Part shown: piece after piece, positions 11,499-20,926 of the stretch | How positions within the stretch are numbered: position 1 is the stretch's first letter | Layout of the letters: each line of letters begins with the position of its first letter | Assembly: GCA_002418965.1 (NCBI GenBank) | Contig: DIFD01000015.1 | Coordinates: forward strand, 215,088-279,087 | From: Peptococcaceae bacterium UBA5757 | GTDB taxonomy: Bacteria > Bacillota > Dehalobacteriia > UBA4068 | Direction: 5' to 3' | DNA: 64,000 nt | Program-made: the position numbers and the translations under genes | The notes under the pieces: generated by a model | Seen by the model: only the letters and a program-made list of their open reading frames with translations | The model's database searches: none | Told to the model about the DNA's origin: nothing

Positions 11499-12212
11499 AT
11501 GCAGATCCAATTAGGCAAAAGAATGGCGGCAGCGGCAGCTTTGGTATTGGAAGGCAAGCCCGTTGCCGATATTGGTACGGATCATGCTTATTTGCCGGTT
11601 TATCTGATTGTCAATGACCTTTGCCCCAATGTGGTTGCATCCGATGTTGCCCGCGGCCCATTGGCTTCGGCTACACAACTGGTGGAATTGCTTTCTCTAA
11701 CCAAAAAAATAGATGTCCGCCTGGGAGAGGGTCTGGAAATTCTCCAGCCCGGAGAAGTCTCAACTATTTGTATTACCGGCATGGGTGGGCTTACCATTCG
11801 GGAGATATTGCAGAACTCTCCGGATGTTTTGGCGCAAACAGAACGCCTTGTACTGCAACCGCAGCGCAATGCTGCTGCTGTAAGAACATTTTTGGCTGAA
11901 CGTGGTTGGAAGATCATAAAAGAGGATCTGGTTTATGACAGCGGTTTTTATTATGTAGTGATTGCATCCGAGCACGGTGAAATGGAGCTTGACGAAATTG
12001 AGGCAGAATATGGGCCTCTTCTTTTAGCTGAGCCGCATTCGTTACTCAAGCAATACCTGGAGCTAAAATTGTCCGATATGCAGGCGATCATCGATCATTT
12101 AGCGAATAAGACAGGCAAAGAGGTTGAAGCGCGTCGTCAAGGTTTAATTGCGGAAACGCAAACAATTCAAAGAATTCTATACGGGGATTACAAGCCAAAA
12201 GGCAGAGAATAA
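11499..12212 (+). CDS. trmK: tRNA (adenine22-N1)-methyltransferase TrmK (YqfN family)
   Basis: VADIGTDHAYLPVYL motif. ATG at 11499 with SD AAGGTAGG; the ORF is open from GTG 11490. Confidence 0.8.
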   Translation: MQIQLGKRMAAAAALVLEGKPVADIGTDHAYLPVYLIVNDLCPNVVASDVARGPLASATQLVELLSLTKKIDVRLGEGLEILQPGEVSTICITGMGGLTIREILQNSPDVLAQTERLVLQPQRNAAAVRTFLAERGWKIIKEDLVYDSGFYYVVIASEHGEMELDEIEAEYGPLLLAEPHSLLKQYLELKLSDMQAIIDHLANKTGKEVEARRQGLIAETQTIQRILYGDYKPKGRE

Positions 12213-12253
12213 TTGACCTCTGTCTTTTATTGTATCATAAAGGAGTGGTGTTT

Positions 12254-12967
12254 ATGTTAAGATTCGTTTATGATTATGCGAACTTTGTGTTAACTGCCGA
12301 AGTATTGGCAAAAAAGGAATATTCTTCCCTCGCATATCTGGAAATGAAGCGGATTAAATCCATATTTGAAAAAACTCAAGAAGAGCTGCAAACTTTGAAC
12401 CAAAAAATCACCGACGACCAAAAACAGCTGGATTATTTTAAACGTGAAATCAAACAAATGCAAGAAAGATTGGAGAAGGATAGGGTCGCGCTCTATGATG
12501 GCACGGTAACCAATAAACGTATTTTAGATGCCAAAGAGCAGGAGATTTCTGCTTTACAGGATCGCTTAAAAAAACATCAGGCGTCTGAACGGTCTTTGTT
12601 GGCACAAATTGAAGCAGAAAAAGAGCGTAATAAAAACATGCAACAAACCATGCGAATCGATTATGAAAAATTTTATCTCGCTAAAGAAAAATTTGAAGAA
12701 ATCAAACGGGAATTTGCTACTCAGATAGAAGAGATTAAGCAAAAGATGGAACAATTGCGTCCCAAAATCGATGCTGCAACGTTTGCCTGGTATGAAAAGG
12801 AAAAAGACAAGTTTATGGGACAACCGGTAGCGATCCTCAATGCAAAAGGCGTTTGCAGCGGTTGTCATACGCATGTGACGGCTAATTTTTTGAATAAAGT
12901 CAAAGAACAGGACGAAATAATCCGTTGCGAGCGTTGCAGCCGTACCTTTGTTTATGATGAACAATAA
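12254..12967 (+). CDS. COG1579-type coiled-coil / C4 zinc-ribbon protein
   Basis: Long coiled-coil region followed by CSGCHTHVTANFLNKVKEQDEIIRCERCSRTF. Start at ATG 12254 after AAAGGAGTGG; the ORF is open from 12230. Confidence 0.7.
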   Translation: MLRFVYDYANFVLTAEVLAKKEYSSLAYLEMKRIKSIFEKTQEELQTLNQKITDDQKQLDYFKREIKQMQERLEKDRVALYDGTVTNKRILDAKEQEISALQDRLKKHQASERSLLAQIEAEKERNKNMQQTMRIDYEKFYLAKEKFEEIKREFATQIEEIKQKMEQLRPKIDAATFAWYEKEKDKFMGQPVAILNAKGVCSGCHTHVTANFLNKVKEQDEIIRCERCSRTFVYDEQ

Positions 12968-12982
12968 AAATTTTGTTGCAAT

Positions 12983-13011
12983 TTGAAAAAGTTTCAAGCA
13001 AATGTTATAAT
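12983..13011 (+). promoter_or_regulatory. Near-consensus sigmaA promoter (TTGAAA, 17 nt spacer, TGtTATAAT) immediately after the zinc-ribbon gene stop. It drives a structured ~140 nt leader or sRNA upstream of rnpB.
   Basis: Hexamers read directly. Downstream 13018-13160 contains two strong hairpins (atcacggcgc/gcgccgtgat and caaacca/tggtttg). Confidence 0.45.
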
Positions 13012-13189
13012 ATTTCTTAGCAAATAGCAAAGCTGTTTGCTTCCGCTTAAAGCGTGGATCACGGCGCATAGCGCCGTGATTTGGTTGTCACACCATATCC
13101 TAGTCGGTTTTACCCGGCTGGCGCTGCTAAAGCGGCGAACAAACCACAGGTGGTTTGTAACTATGGTATAATAAAGAGTAAATCACATA

Positions 13190-13547
13190 TTGCCGAGTAA
13201 GTTGGATGAACGCAGGCAGAATGCCGAAAGGCTCTGTCGGAGGAAAGTCCGGGCTCCATAGGGCAGGGTGCTGGCTAACGGCCAGTGAGGGTGACCTTAA
13301 GGATAGTGCCACAGAAAAAAACCGCCCGGGGGAAACCCCTCGGGTAAGGGTGCAACGGTGCGGTAAGAGCGCACCAGCGGTTGGGAGACCAGCCGGCTAG
13401 GTAAACCCCACCTGGAGCAAGACCGAATAGGGAAAGAAAGGTGGCCCGCCTCTTTTCCGGGTAAGGTTGCTAAAGGCTGCCGGCAACGGTAGCCGTAGAT
13501 AGATGTTCATTGAAGACAGAACCCGGCTTATAGATTTGCTCGGCAAT
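13190..13547 (+). ncRNA. rnpB: RNase P RNA (bacterial, type A-like architecture)
   Basis: Universal motifs GGAAAGTCCGGGCTCCATAGGGCA, ...GGTAAGGGTGCAACGGTGCGGTAAGAGCGCACC..., ACAGAACCCGGCTTA. P1 pairs ttgccgag(13190)/ctcggcaa(13546). Own extended -10 promoter tgGTATAAT at 13164-13172. Confidence 0.9.
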
Positions 13548-13582
13548 ATTTGATTAAACCTTAACTTGTGGAGGAATGAACC

Positions 13583-13963
13583 ATGCAGGAATTGTGTGCA
13601 AAAATGAAAGAATATCTCAAAATGACGGATCCGTTACCCTATGAAGCGTTTGTGGAATATTACCAATCCGTCCTGGATTATCTGCAGAAAAAATATCAGG
13701 ATATGACCCAGGATGAAATGGTAGAAGCCAAGACGATCTGCAATCTTTTAAACGCTAATGCTGTGGAGCGTGCAGCTAAAAAGGATGCCAATTACAAGAG
13801 ATTTCGTAAAATGGCCGAAAAATCCGCTTTTTGGCAGGATGCCATTGAAGTGAACCTATTAAAACAAGGCTTTACAAAAAAATCCTTGGAAGAAAAAGAA
13901 AAAGAGATCTGGCAAACGGTTTTTGAACCAAAAGAACAGAACCAGGAAGAAAAATTGGGATAA
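13583..13963 (+). CDS. Hypothetical acidic protein (126 aa)
   Basis: Clean ORF with GGAGG SD. No recognisable domain. Confidence 0.5.
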   Translation: MQELCAKMKEYLKMTDPLPYEAFVEYYQSVLDYLQKKYQDMTQDEMVEAKTICNLLNANAVERAAKKDANYKRFRKMAEKSAFWQDAIEVNLLKQGFTKKSLEEKEKEIWQTVFEPKEQNQEEKLG

Positions 13964-14044
13964 ATTAAAGCCTAAATCAATAATTTCCTTATAAATCAGG
14001 CACAATAAAAATACATATTGCCTGATGTTTGTAAGGAAAACTTT

Positions 14045-14980
14045 ATGTCAAAAAGAACACTGGGATTTATTGCGGCATTTTTAGCCGCATCTATCTTTGG
14101 TCTGACATTTTTATTTATTAAGATCGGTTTGCGCTATTCGGACCCCGTTCATTTGCTTGCCATGCGTTTTTTATTGGGCATGATTGTTTTTGAAGTTTTG
14201 CGCCGTCGCAAATGGATTAAGCTTAGTTTGACGCTTCGCAATTGGACGCCGCTTTTGCTGATGGTTTTATTTGAACCGGTTTGCTATTTTAGCTTTGAAA
14301 CCTATGCGCTGCTTTTTTCCACCAGCACGGAAGGTGGCATCTTTTCATCCTTTACACCGGTGATGACGACAATTTTTGCAGCTGTCTTCTTGCGTGAGTA
14401 TATCCTTCCAAGACAGATTCTGTTTTTAGGCCTATCTGTTTTTGGTATTTTTTTTATTATGTTTTTGGACGGTTTTGTTTTGTCTCACGGAGTCGGTGGC
14501 AAACTGCTTTGGATCAGTGCCGTGGTTTCTGCCGCTTTGTTTGCCGTTTGTAGCCGGTATTTTTCCCGCCGCTATAATCCCTGGGATATTACTTATATGA
14601 TGATGGTTGCAGGCGCTGTCTTTTTTAACAGCTGGTCTGTTGGCCGTCATCTGTTTCAAGGCAACTTATTAAATTATTTTACACCGCTCATCTCCGGCCC
14701 GTTTCTTCTTTCGGTGGCATTTTTGGGGATAATGGCATCCCTTGTCGGCATATTTTTTTATAATTTCGGGCTGTCGTGCCTGCCGTCTTATCAGATGTCC
14801 GTTACGGCTTCTTTAACGACAGTAGTTGCAATTTTTGCCGGCGGGGTCTTTTTGAACGAGGTAATCTCCTGGTATCATATGGTGGGCGCCATCATCATTA
14901 CCATTGGGGTAACGGGGATCAATTTAAATGCTGAAACCCGGCATAAAATCTTATCATCGCGATATATTAGAATCCGGTAA
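14045..14980 (+). CDS. EamA/DMT-superfamily permease (10 TM)
   Basis: Two EamA-like halves of hydrophobic helices. Start at MSKRTLGFIAAFLAASIFGL; the ORF is open from 14018. Confidence 0.75.
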   Translation: MSKRTLGFIAAFLAASIFGLTFLFIKIGLRYSDPVHLLAMRFLLGMIVFEVLRRRKWIKLSLTLRNWTPLLLMVLFEPVCYFSFETYALLFSTSTEGGIFSSFTPVMTTIFAAVFLREYILPRQILFLGLSVFGIFFIMFLDGFVLSHGVGGKLLWISAVVSAALFAVCSRYFSRRYNPWDITYMMMVAGAVFFNSWSVGRHLFQGNLLNYFTPLISGPFLLSVAFLGIMASLVGIFFYNFGLSCLPSYQMSVTASLTTVVAIFAGGVFLNEVISWYHMVGAIIITIGVTGINLNAETRHKILSSRYIRIR

Positions 14981-14995
14981 ATAAGGAGTGTAACC

Positions 14996-17137
14996 ATGCG
15001 TTTACGCCGTATGCCGCAGGCAAAAGAAATTGTGGCAAACAGTGATCTGGTTTTTAGCCCCAAAAATATCGCAAACTTGCGGGGTAATTGGGAAAAAATC
15101 TTTGCCAATGATTCCCCTATTTACCTGGAAGTGGGAATGGGCAGGGGTAAATGGATCACGGCAGAAGCGGCTAAAAATCCTAAGATCAATTATATCGGGT
15201 TGGAAATGCGGGAAGAAATGATCTTTCAGGCATTGGAACGCTTGCAGGGAAAAATCCCGCCTAATATACGTTTTTTATGGGTGGATGCTTCTAATCTGCC
15301 GCTTTTGTTTACCCGTGGTGAGGTCGACGGGATTTATCTTCACTTTTCCGACCCGTGGCCTAAATTGCGTCATGCCAAAAGGCGTTTGACCCACCCCTTA
15401 TTTTTAAAAGATTATGATTTTGTCTTAAAACCTAAAGGTCAATTAAATTTTAAAACAGATAATCAGGATTTTTTTGATTGGTCGTTAACCCAATTTGCCA
15501 AAACATATCAGCGGGGATGGCGCCAACTGGCTTTAGACCGCAATCTCCCGTTAGAAGAAGGCCAGGCAATAACAGAATACGAGAAGCGCTTTCGTCGCAT
15601 GAATCAGCCGATTTATTTTTGCAGTATGCAAAAGGAGGACAGACACATGTACTATGTCAGCACCCGGGGAAATTATGAGCCGCAAACCGCTGCTGAAGCT
15701 ATCTGTTTGGGGATGGTCCCGGGCGGAGGGCTTTTTGTACCGCAATCATTTCCGAACTATTTGCCCAAAGGAATTGCGACGATGACTTATCAGGAGCTGG
15801 CTTGCGATATTCTGGGGCTTTATTTAGATGATTATGACAAGAAAGAAATCAAACAGATTGTTTGGGATTCTTACAACAACGAACGGTTCGATGATGTCAT
15901 TGCGCCCTGTGTGACGGTGGGGGATTTGGAACTTTTAGAATTATGGCATGGCCCCACGGCTGCCTTTAAGGATATGGCTTTACAGATTATGCCTCGCTTA
16001 CTGAAAGCTGCTATCGCTAAAACAGAAAAAGAAAAAGAAGTGGTGATTTTGGTCGCCACCTCCGGAGATACGGGTAAAGCCGCCTTGGAAGGTTTCAAGA
16101 ACATGGAAGGGATCAAGATCATCGTCTTTTATCCCTGCGGTGGCGTCAGCCGGATTCAGGAACTGCAGATGCTGACGACGGATGGTCACAATACTTATGT
16201 CGTAGGTGTGGACGGCAATTTTGATGATTGCCAAAACGCTGTTAAGGCTGTCTTTGCCAACGAGGCCTTAAAAAAGGAAATGGATGCGGCGCAAAAAGAA
16301 TTTTCATCGGCCAATTCCATCAACTGGGGACGCTTGTTGCCGCAAATCGTTTATTATTATTATGCTTACGGGCAGATGGTTGCCAAAGGGAAAATCAAAG
16401 AGGCTCAGGAAATCGATGTGACGGTTCCTACCGGCAACTTTGGCAATATCTTGGCGGCCTATTATGCACGCCGGATGGGATTGCCTATCCACAAGCTGAT
16501 TTGCGCGTCCAACGAAAATAAAGTACTGACCGATGTGATTAAAAATGGTACCTATGACCGCCGCAGACCTTTTTACCAAACGGATAGTCCTTCCATGGAT
16601 ATTCTGATTTCCAGTAATTTTGAACGCTTTATTTATGAAATTTTTGATCGGGATGGCAAGGCCACGGCAGATGCCTTTCAGAAATTACAGGCGGAGGGAT
16701 TTTTTGCTGTTTCCGACGATCAGTCCCAAAAATGGGGTCAATTGATTTACGGTGATTTTGCGGATCGCAAAGAAGCGGCTCGTTTCATTGGGTCAGCCTA
16801 CCGGGATTATGGTTATGTGATGGACCCACATACCGGAGTGGCCGTGGCCGTAGCAAATAAATACCGACAGCAAAACGGGACAGAGCAGCGTCCCATGTTG
16901 GTCGTTTCCACGGCAAGCCCGTATAAGTTCCCTAAAGCAGTTCTTTTGGCCCTTGGTGTGGGTGAAAAGGAATTGGAGCAGATGGACGATCATACCATGC
17001 TTACCCTTTTGCAACAAAAAAGCGGGATTCCCGTTCATCGTGCCGTAGCCAACATCGAGCAAAAACCCGTTTTACACCAGATGAAGATCAAAAAAGAAGC
17101 GGTCGCCGAGACCATTAGAAATATTCTGTCTTTGTAG
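14996..17137 (+). CDS. trmB/thrC: In-frame fusion ORF, 713 aa. The N-terminal ~217 aa is tRNA (guanine46-N7)-methyltransferase TrmB and the C-terminal ~496 aa is threonine synthase ThrC. An internal AAAGGAGG SD sits before the ThrC ATG at 15648.
   Basis: TrmB motifs EVGMGRGKWI and YLHFSDPWPK. The TrmB C-terminus ...NQPIYFCSMQKEDRH runs with no stop codon into MYYVSTRG..., a ThrC N-terminus with the PLP-lysine motif AAFKDMAL. Confidence 0.8.
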   Translation: MRLRRMPQAKEIVANSDLVFSPKNIANLRGNWEKIFANDSPIYLEVGMGRGKWITAEAAKNPKINYIGLEMREEMIFQALERLQGKIPPNIRFLWVDASNLPLLFTRGEVDGIYLHFSDPWPKLRHAKRRLTHPLFLKDYDFVLKPKGQLNFKTDNQDFFDWSLTQFAKTYQRGWRQLALDRNLPLEEGQAITEYEKRFRRMNQPIYFCSMQKEDRHMYYVSTRGNYEPQTAAEAICLGMVPGGGLFVPQSFPNYLPKGIATMTYQELACDILGLYLDDYDKKEIKQIVWDSYNNERFDDVIAPCVTVGDLELLELWHGPTAAFKDMALQIMPRLLKAAIAKTEKEKEVVILVATSGDTGKAALEGFKNMEGIKIIVFYPCGGVSRIQELQMLTTDGHNTYVVGVDGNFDDCQNAVKAVFANEALKKEMDAAQKEFSSANSINWGRLLPQIVYYYYAYGQMVAKGKIKEAQEIDVTVPTGNFGNILAAYYARRMGLPIHKLICASNENKVLTDVIKNGTYDRRRPFYQTDSPSMDILISSNFERFIYEIFDRDGKATADAFQKLQAEGFFAVSDDQSQKWGQLIYGDFADRKEAARFIGSAYRDYGYVMDPHTGVAVAVANKYRQQNGTEQRPMLVVSTASPYKFPKAVLLALGVGEKELEQMDDHTMLTLLQQKSGIPVHRAVANIEQKPVLHQMKIKKEAVAETIRNILSL

Positions 17138-17195
17138 AGTCTATTAGATAGCCCGTTTCAAACTATTATAGACTATTGGAAAAAACATATCCTGT

Positions 17196-17227
17196 AAAAA
17201 AGAACCTTTTTTAAGGTTCTTTTTCTT
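17196..17227 (+). terminator. Rho-independent terminator after thrC
   Basis: aaaaagaacctt tttt aaggttcttttt. Confidence 0.6.
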
Positions 17228-17319
17228 ATGTTCTAACGTTGGCATTTTATATAAAATAGTAACAAAAATTTGTGACAAATTTTTTAGGGCCGAATAAATT
17301 ATATTGAGGTGAGAGAGGC

Positions 17320-17760
17320 GTGGATGCGAGAGAAATGTTTGCAAGATTGATCAAATGCGAGGCGGGTGGCGAGGGAGAAGCCGGAATGAAGGCTGTAGCG
17401 ACCGTCGTCATGAACCGTGTCCGGGTTGCCTACGGCGAGTATCACCGGGTATGCCAGGGGGATCTGCGCCGGGTGATCGAGCAGATGTGTCAATTTTCAT
17501 GCTTAAAAACGGTGATCGGCGGTGTTGAAAATACGCAGAACATTTGGGTAGCAACACCGGAGGAGATCCATTACCAGGTCGCGGATTGGGCGATGGGAGG
17601 AGGCATTCATACCGGGGCCGGATCAGCTTCTTTGTGGTATATGAATCCGTTTAATCCCCAGTGTCCCAACTTTTTCCCCTACAACAAGACCGGTTATTGG
17701 TTCACCAGGATCCATCAGCATTGTTTTTATAATCCTATGCCTGCTTATTCAGATACCTAA
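17320..17760 (+). CDS. cwlJ: Spore cortex-lytic enzyme CwlJ (SleB/CwlJ hydrolase_2 family)
   Basis: LIKCEAGGEGEAGMKAVATVVMNRV motif. 146 aa, followed by gerQ as in the Bacillus cwlJ-gerQ operon. Confidence 0.82.
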   Translation: MDAREMFARLIKCEAGGEGEAGMKAVATVVMNRVRVAYGEYHRVCQGDLRRVIEQMCQFSCLKTVIGGVENTQNIWVATPEEIHYQVADWAMGGGIHTGAGSASLWYMNPFNPQCPNFFPYNKTGYWFTRIHQHCFYNPMPAYSDT

Positions 17761-17782
17761 ATAGTGAGGAGGGCTTTTTTCG

Positions 17783-18160
17783 ATGGCTAAAGAGAATCTC
17801 AATTGGTTAAACAACAAGGTGTTTCATTCCGGGTCGTCGTCTCAACCTGTTACAATGTCGGAGAGCGTTTCTGAAACCGTACAGAGAGACTCGACAACGA
17901 GAAGGAATTCAACGGAGTCAGGCTTAATGTCTGAGCAGGGGCCTCCTCCGGTATCAGACAGGTATTATATTCCCGGTTATCTCAAACGGCAAATCGGCAA
18001 AAATATTAAAGCGGAGTTTTTGATTGGGACTGCCATGTTTATGGATAAAACAGGCATTCTTAGAGAAGTCGGTGTAAACTATTTTGTTTTAGAGGATTAT
18101 ATATCCCATGCTATGGTTATGTGCGATCTATATTCGGTCCGGTTTGTAACAACATTATAG
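17783..18160 (+). CDS. gerQ: Spore coat protein GerQ (YwdL), partner of CwlJ
   Basis: C-terminal region YYIPGYLKRQIGKNIKAEFLIGTAMFMDKTGILREVGVNYFVLED is typical of GerQ. Operonic with cwlJ. Confidence 0.75.
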   Translation: MAKENLNWLNNKVFHSGSSSQPVTMSESVSETVQRDSTTRRNSTESGLMSEQGPPPVSDRYYIPGYLKRQIGKNIKAEFLIGTAMFMDKTGILREVGVNYFVLEDYISHAMVMCDLYSVRFVTTL

Positions 18161-18497
18161 TTTTAGTAAATCCAAGCTAAGCTTCAGCAAATGATATCTT
18201 GATAAATTCTAATTGATATGAACAAATTGTATATTGACACAATCAAACGGAATGCTTAGTACCATAAAAACCAACATAAATGTTGGTTTTTATTGCGTTG
18301 AGGCAGGTAAAGAAAGATGCCAAAGTAAACCCTGGCGGTTTTTGAGTCTTTAAGCTGACAAGCACTATTGGGAAAAAGATGATATAATAAATAATAATTT
18401 ATGTTAGCCCAGCCCGAGTCGGTAGATCAAGATTATTCATTTTGATCTGACTATTATTTATATACTTTCCAAAATTATGATAGGGGTGATTATTGAA

Positions 18498-19319
18498 GTG
18501 AAAAAGAGAAGTATTTTTTTGCTGATTTTTTTAATTCTAATAGGCAGTACGCTTTGTGGATGTAAGGCGACTTCAACGCAATCTTTTAATGATACTGAGC
18601 AAAATACCGCCGCATCACAGGATGTGTTATATCAGGTATCAACACTTGATGCACTGATGCAAGGGGTATATGATGGTGAATTGAGCCTTGGTCAATTGAC
18701 CAGCCACGGTAATTTTGGTATCGGCACTTTTGATGGATTGGACGGCGAAATGGTGGTTTTGGATGGACAAGTTTATCAAGTGCCGGCGGACGGCAAAGTG
18801 ATTAAGAAGGATAGCGCTACATTAACGCCGTTTGCGATGGTAACCGACTTTGAAACAGATAGCCAAGTTGAGATTGCGGATATAAAAGACTAAGCACAAT
18901 TGCAAGCGGTTCTTAATGACCTTTTGCCTAGTCAGAACATGTTTTATGCGATCAAAGTCGAAGGGACGTTTGCCTATATAAAAACACGCAGTGTCCAAAA
19001 ACAAACGGAACCCTATCCGCCGCTTGTCGAGGTTACCAGTGCGCAGACTGTCTTTGAGTTCAATGATGTTGAGGGTACTTTGGTAGGTTTTTGGTGTCCT
19101 GAATATTCCGACGGCATTAATCTGCCTGGTTACCATTTGCATTTTATATCGGATGATTTTACGATGGGCGGCCATCTTTTGGAGTGTTCCATGAAAGCGG
19201 GCACAATCTTGATTGATACGACGACTGAATACCATATGCTGCTGCCCGAGAACGAACATTTTGCTCAAACAAATTTTAATAGTGTCCCCGAAGAGGATAA
19301 ACAAAAGGCAGAAAAATAG
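18498..19319 (+). pseudogene. alsD: Alpha-acetolactate decarboxylase (AlsD/BudA) with lipoprotein-like signal peptide, interrupted by an in-frame TAA at 18891-18893.
   Basis: Two same-frame ORFs, 18477..18893 and 18900..19319, are both homologous to ALDC (LYQVSTLDALMQGVYDG..., ...GYHLHFISDD...). They are separated only by TAA. The likely start is GTG 18498 after AGGGGTGA. Confidence 0.7.
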
Positions 19320-19340
19320 TTAAACCCTAATCAATCCATA

Positions 19341-19386
19341 AAAAAAGCAGGAATCCAACTTATAAGTGGAGTTCCTGCTTTTTTAT
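19341..19386. terminator. Bidirectional terminator between the convergent alsD and MFS gene
   Basis: aaaaaagcaggaa...ttcctgctttttt. Confidence 0.65.
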
Positions 19387-19395
19387 GGATGCCGT

Positions 19396-20592
19396 TTAAT
19401 GATCCAGTGTTTGATGCCGTTCGGCGCGGGCTGCCGGACGTTTTTTCATAAATAAAGCGATCAATCCGGCTATAAGCGGAAGCAAAAACACAATATTTAT
19501 GGCGATGGGAAGCCCCCAGATGTCGGCAATTTTACCAAAGGGGATAACAAAAAAGGCGCCCAGACCATTGGCGAACCCCATCGTTAATCCTGCCGCAAAT
19601 GCTTTATTATCCGGAATAACCTCCTGTGCGGCAATAACCGTAACGGAAAAGCTGGATAATAAACATGCGCCGGCTAAAGCAAGAAAAACAGTGCTCAATG
19701 TGCCTTGTGTATAAAAAAAGCCAAAGAAGAACGGTACGCATGCTATCAATGACCCGACAATCAAGCGTTTTCGTCCAAAATAATCTGAGATAAAACCGCC
19801 GATTATCCCGCCGATCGCTCCGGTTAAGAGCATAATTGTGATTAAGTGACTGGCCGTAATGTTCGATAGGTTTTGTGATTTAAAGTATAGCGGCAATAAA
19901 GTGATTAAAGCCGAATAAGCCAGGGCACGGATTGCGATGACACCTATGATGGAACTAAGTTCTTTTGACGCCGCTTTTAGGGTAGATACAACCTGGGCAA
20001 GAGAGGTTTGTGCGCCACCCAAAACGTTATCCCGCGGGGCAAAATAAAAGAGCAACACAGCCACGAGAATGCCCGGTATGACCGTAACGGTTGTCACCTG
20101 TAACCCGTATGCTTGAAATAAGGGTACAAGCAAAAGGGGGCTTAAAGCAAAACCGCAACTCCCACAAGCCACGAACATAGAAAGGATAACCGCCTTTCGG
20201 TCACCGCTTAAGACGCTGACCATGGTGGATGCCTGTGGATGAAAAGCTGCTGTTCCAAGACCGGCTAGTCCGGCCAGGATGACAAGAAGAATATAGTTGT
20301 TATGAACCAATCCTGTCATGCTAAGCATGACTGCCATCCATAAGGTGCCGACATGGACAAGCCAACGTTTGCCTTGATGGTCTAAGAAAAACCCAAAGAT
20401 CGGTTGCACAAAAGACGAGGTAATGGTAAATGCGGAAATCAAAATAGCTGCTCGGGTAGCCGTAAAGTCAGCACTTAGAACAACCAGAAAAGGCAGCATC
20501 TGGGGCAAAAAATTACTGTAGATATCGTTTACCATATGGGCAAGGGATAAGACTCCTATTTTTGCATGTGGGGTTCGTATTTTGTTAGCCAT
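19396..20592 (-). CDS. MFS transporter (12 TM)
   Basis: 398 aa with MFS-like hydrophobic topology. Confidence 0.8.
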   Translation of the reverse strand: MANKIRTPHAKIGVLSLAHMVNDIYSNFLPQMLPFLVVLSADFTATRAAILISAFTITSSFVQPIFGFFLDHQGKRWLVHVGTLWMAVMLSMTGLVHNNYILLVILAGLAGLGTAAFHPQASTMVSVLSGDRKAVILSMFVACGSCGFALSPLLLVPLFQAYGLQVTTVTVIPGILVAVLLFYFAPRDNVLGGAQTSLAQVVSTLKAASKELSSIIGVIAIRALAYSALITLLPLYFKSQNLSNITASHLITIMLLTGAIGGIIGGFISDYFGRKRLIVGSLIACVPFFFGFFYTQGTLSTVFLALAGACLLSSFSVTVIAAQEVIPDNKAFAAGLTMGFANGLGAFFVIPFGKIADIWGLPIAINIVFLLPLIAGLIALFMKKRPAARAERHQTLDH

Positions 20593-20894
20593 AACGGTCC
20601 TTTCGAAGAATACAGAAGCATTTGTATGTATAAAATTTTAGGCGAACACAGTTCAGTTAAAAAACTCTTTAAACTATATCATATAATGAAAAACCCCAAA
20701 AGACAAGAGCAAAAAGTTTAGAATATGGGTTGAGAACAAAAGAATAATTGTTTAAACAGGGAGTTTTTGCTGCCAAAGGGCATAAGGGGAGTTTGTTTGT
20801 TTTTGTATCTTAGTTTTATCGGTTGGGCGATTTTGAGGTTCTTTGACCTTTAGTGTTTTATTCTCTTTATATGTGATCCCCTTTGCCATATAAT

Positions 20895-20926
20895 ATAAGC
20901 TGGCCCTAAGGCCAGCTTATACTTTT
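20895..20926. terminator. Hairpin terminator (ataagctggccctaaggccagcttat followed by a T-run)
   Basis: Perfect stem immediately downstream of the lipoprotein gene. Confidence 0.5.

Noticed and set aside
13127-13400. Small ORFs (61-64 aa) overlapping rnpB
   Set aside because: The region is the RNase P RNA gene with universal conserved motifs; the ORFs are artefacts.
17176-17190. Shared 13-14 nt motif ATCCTGTAAAAA(A/G)G at 17176 and 49329
   Set aside because: Only two short copies, both in A/T-rich convergent gene ends; most likely chance or terminator-context similarity rather than a dispersed repeat family.
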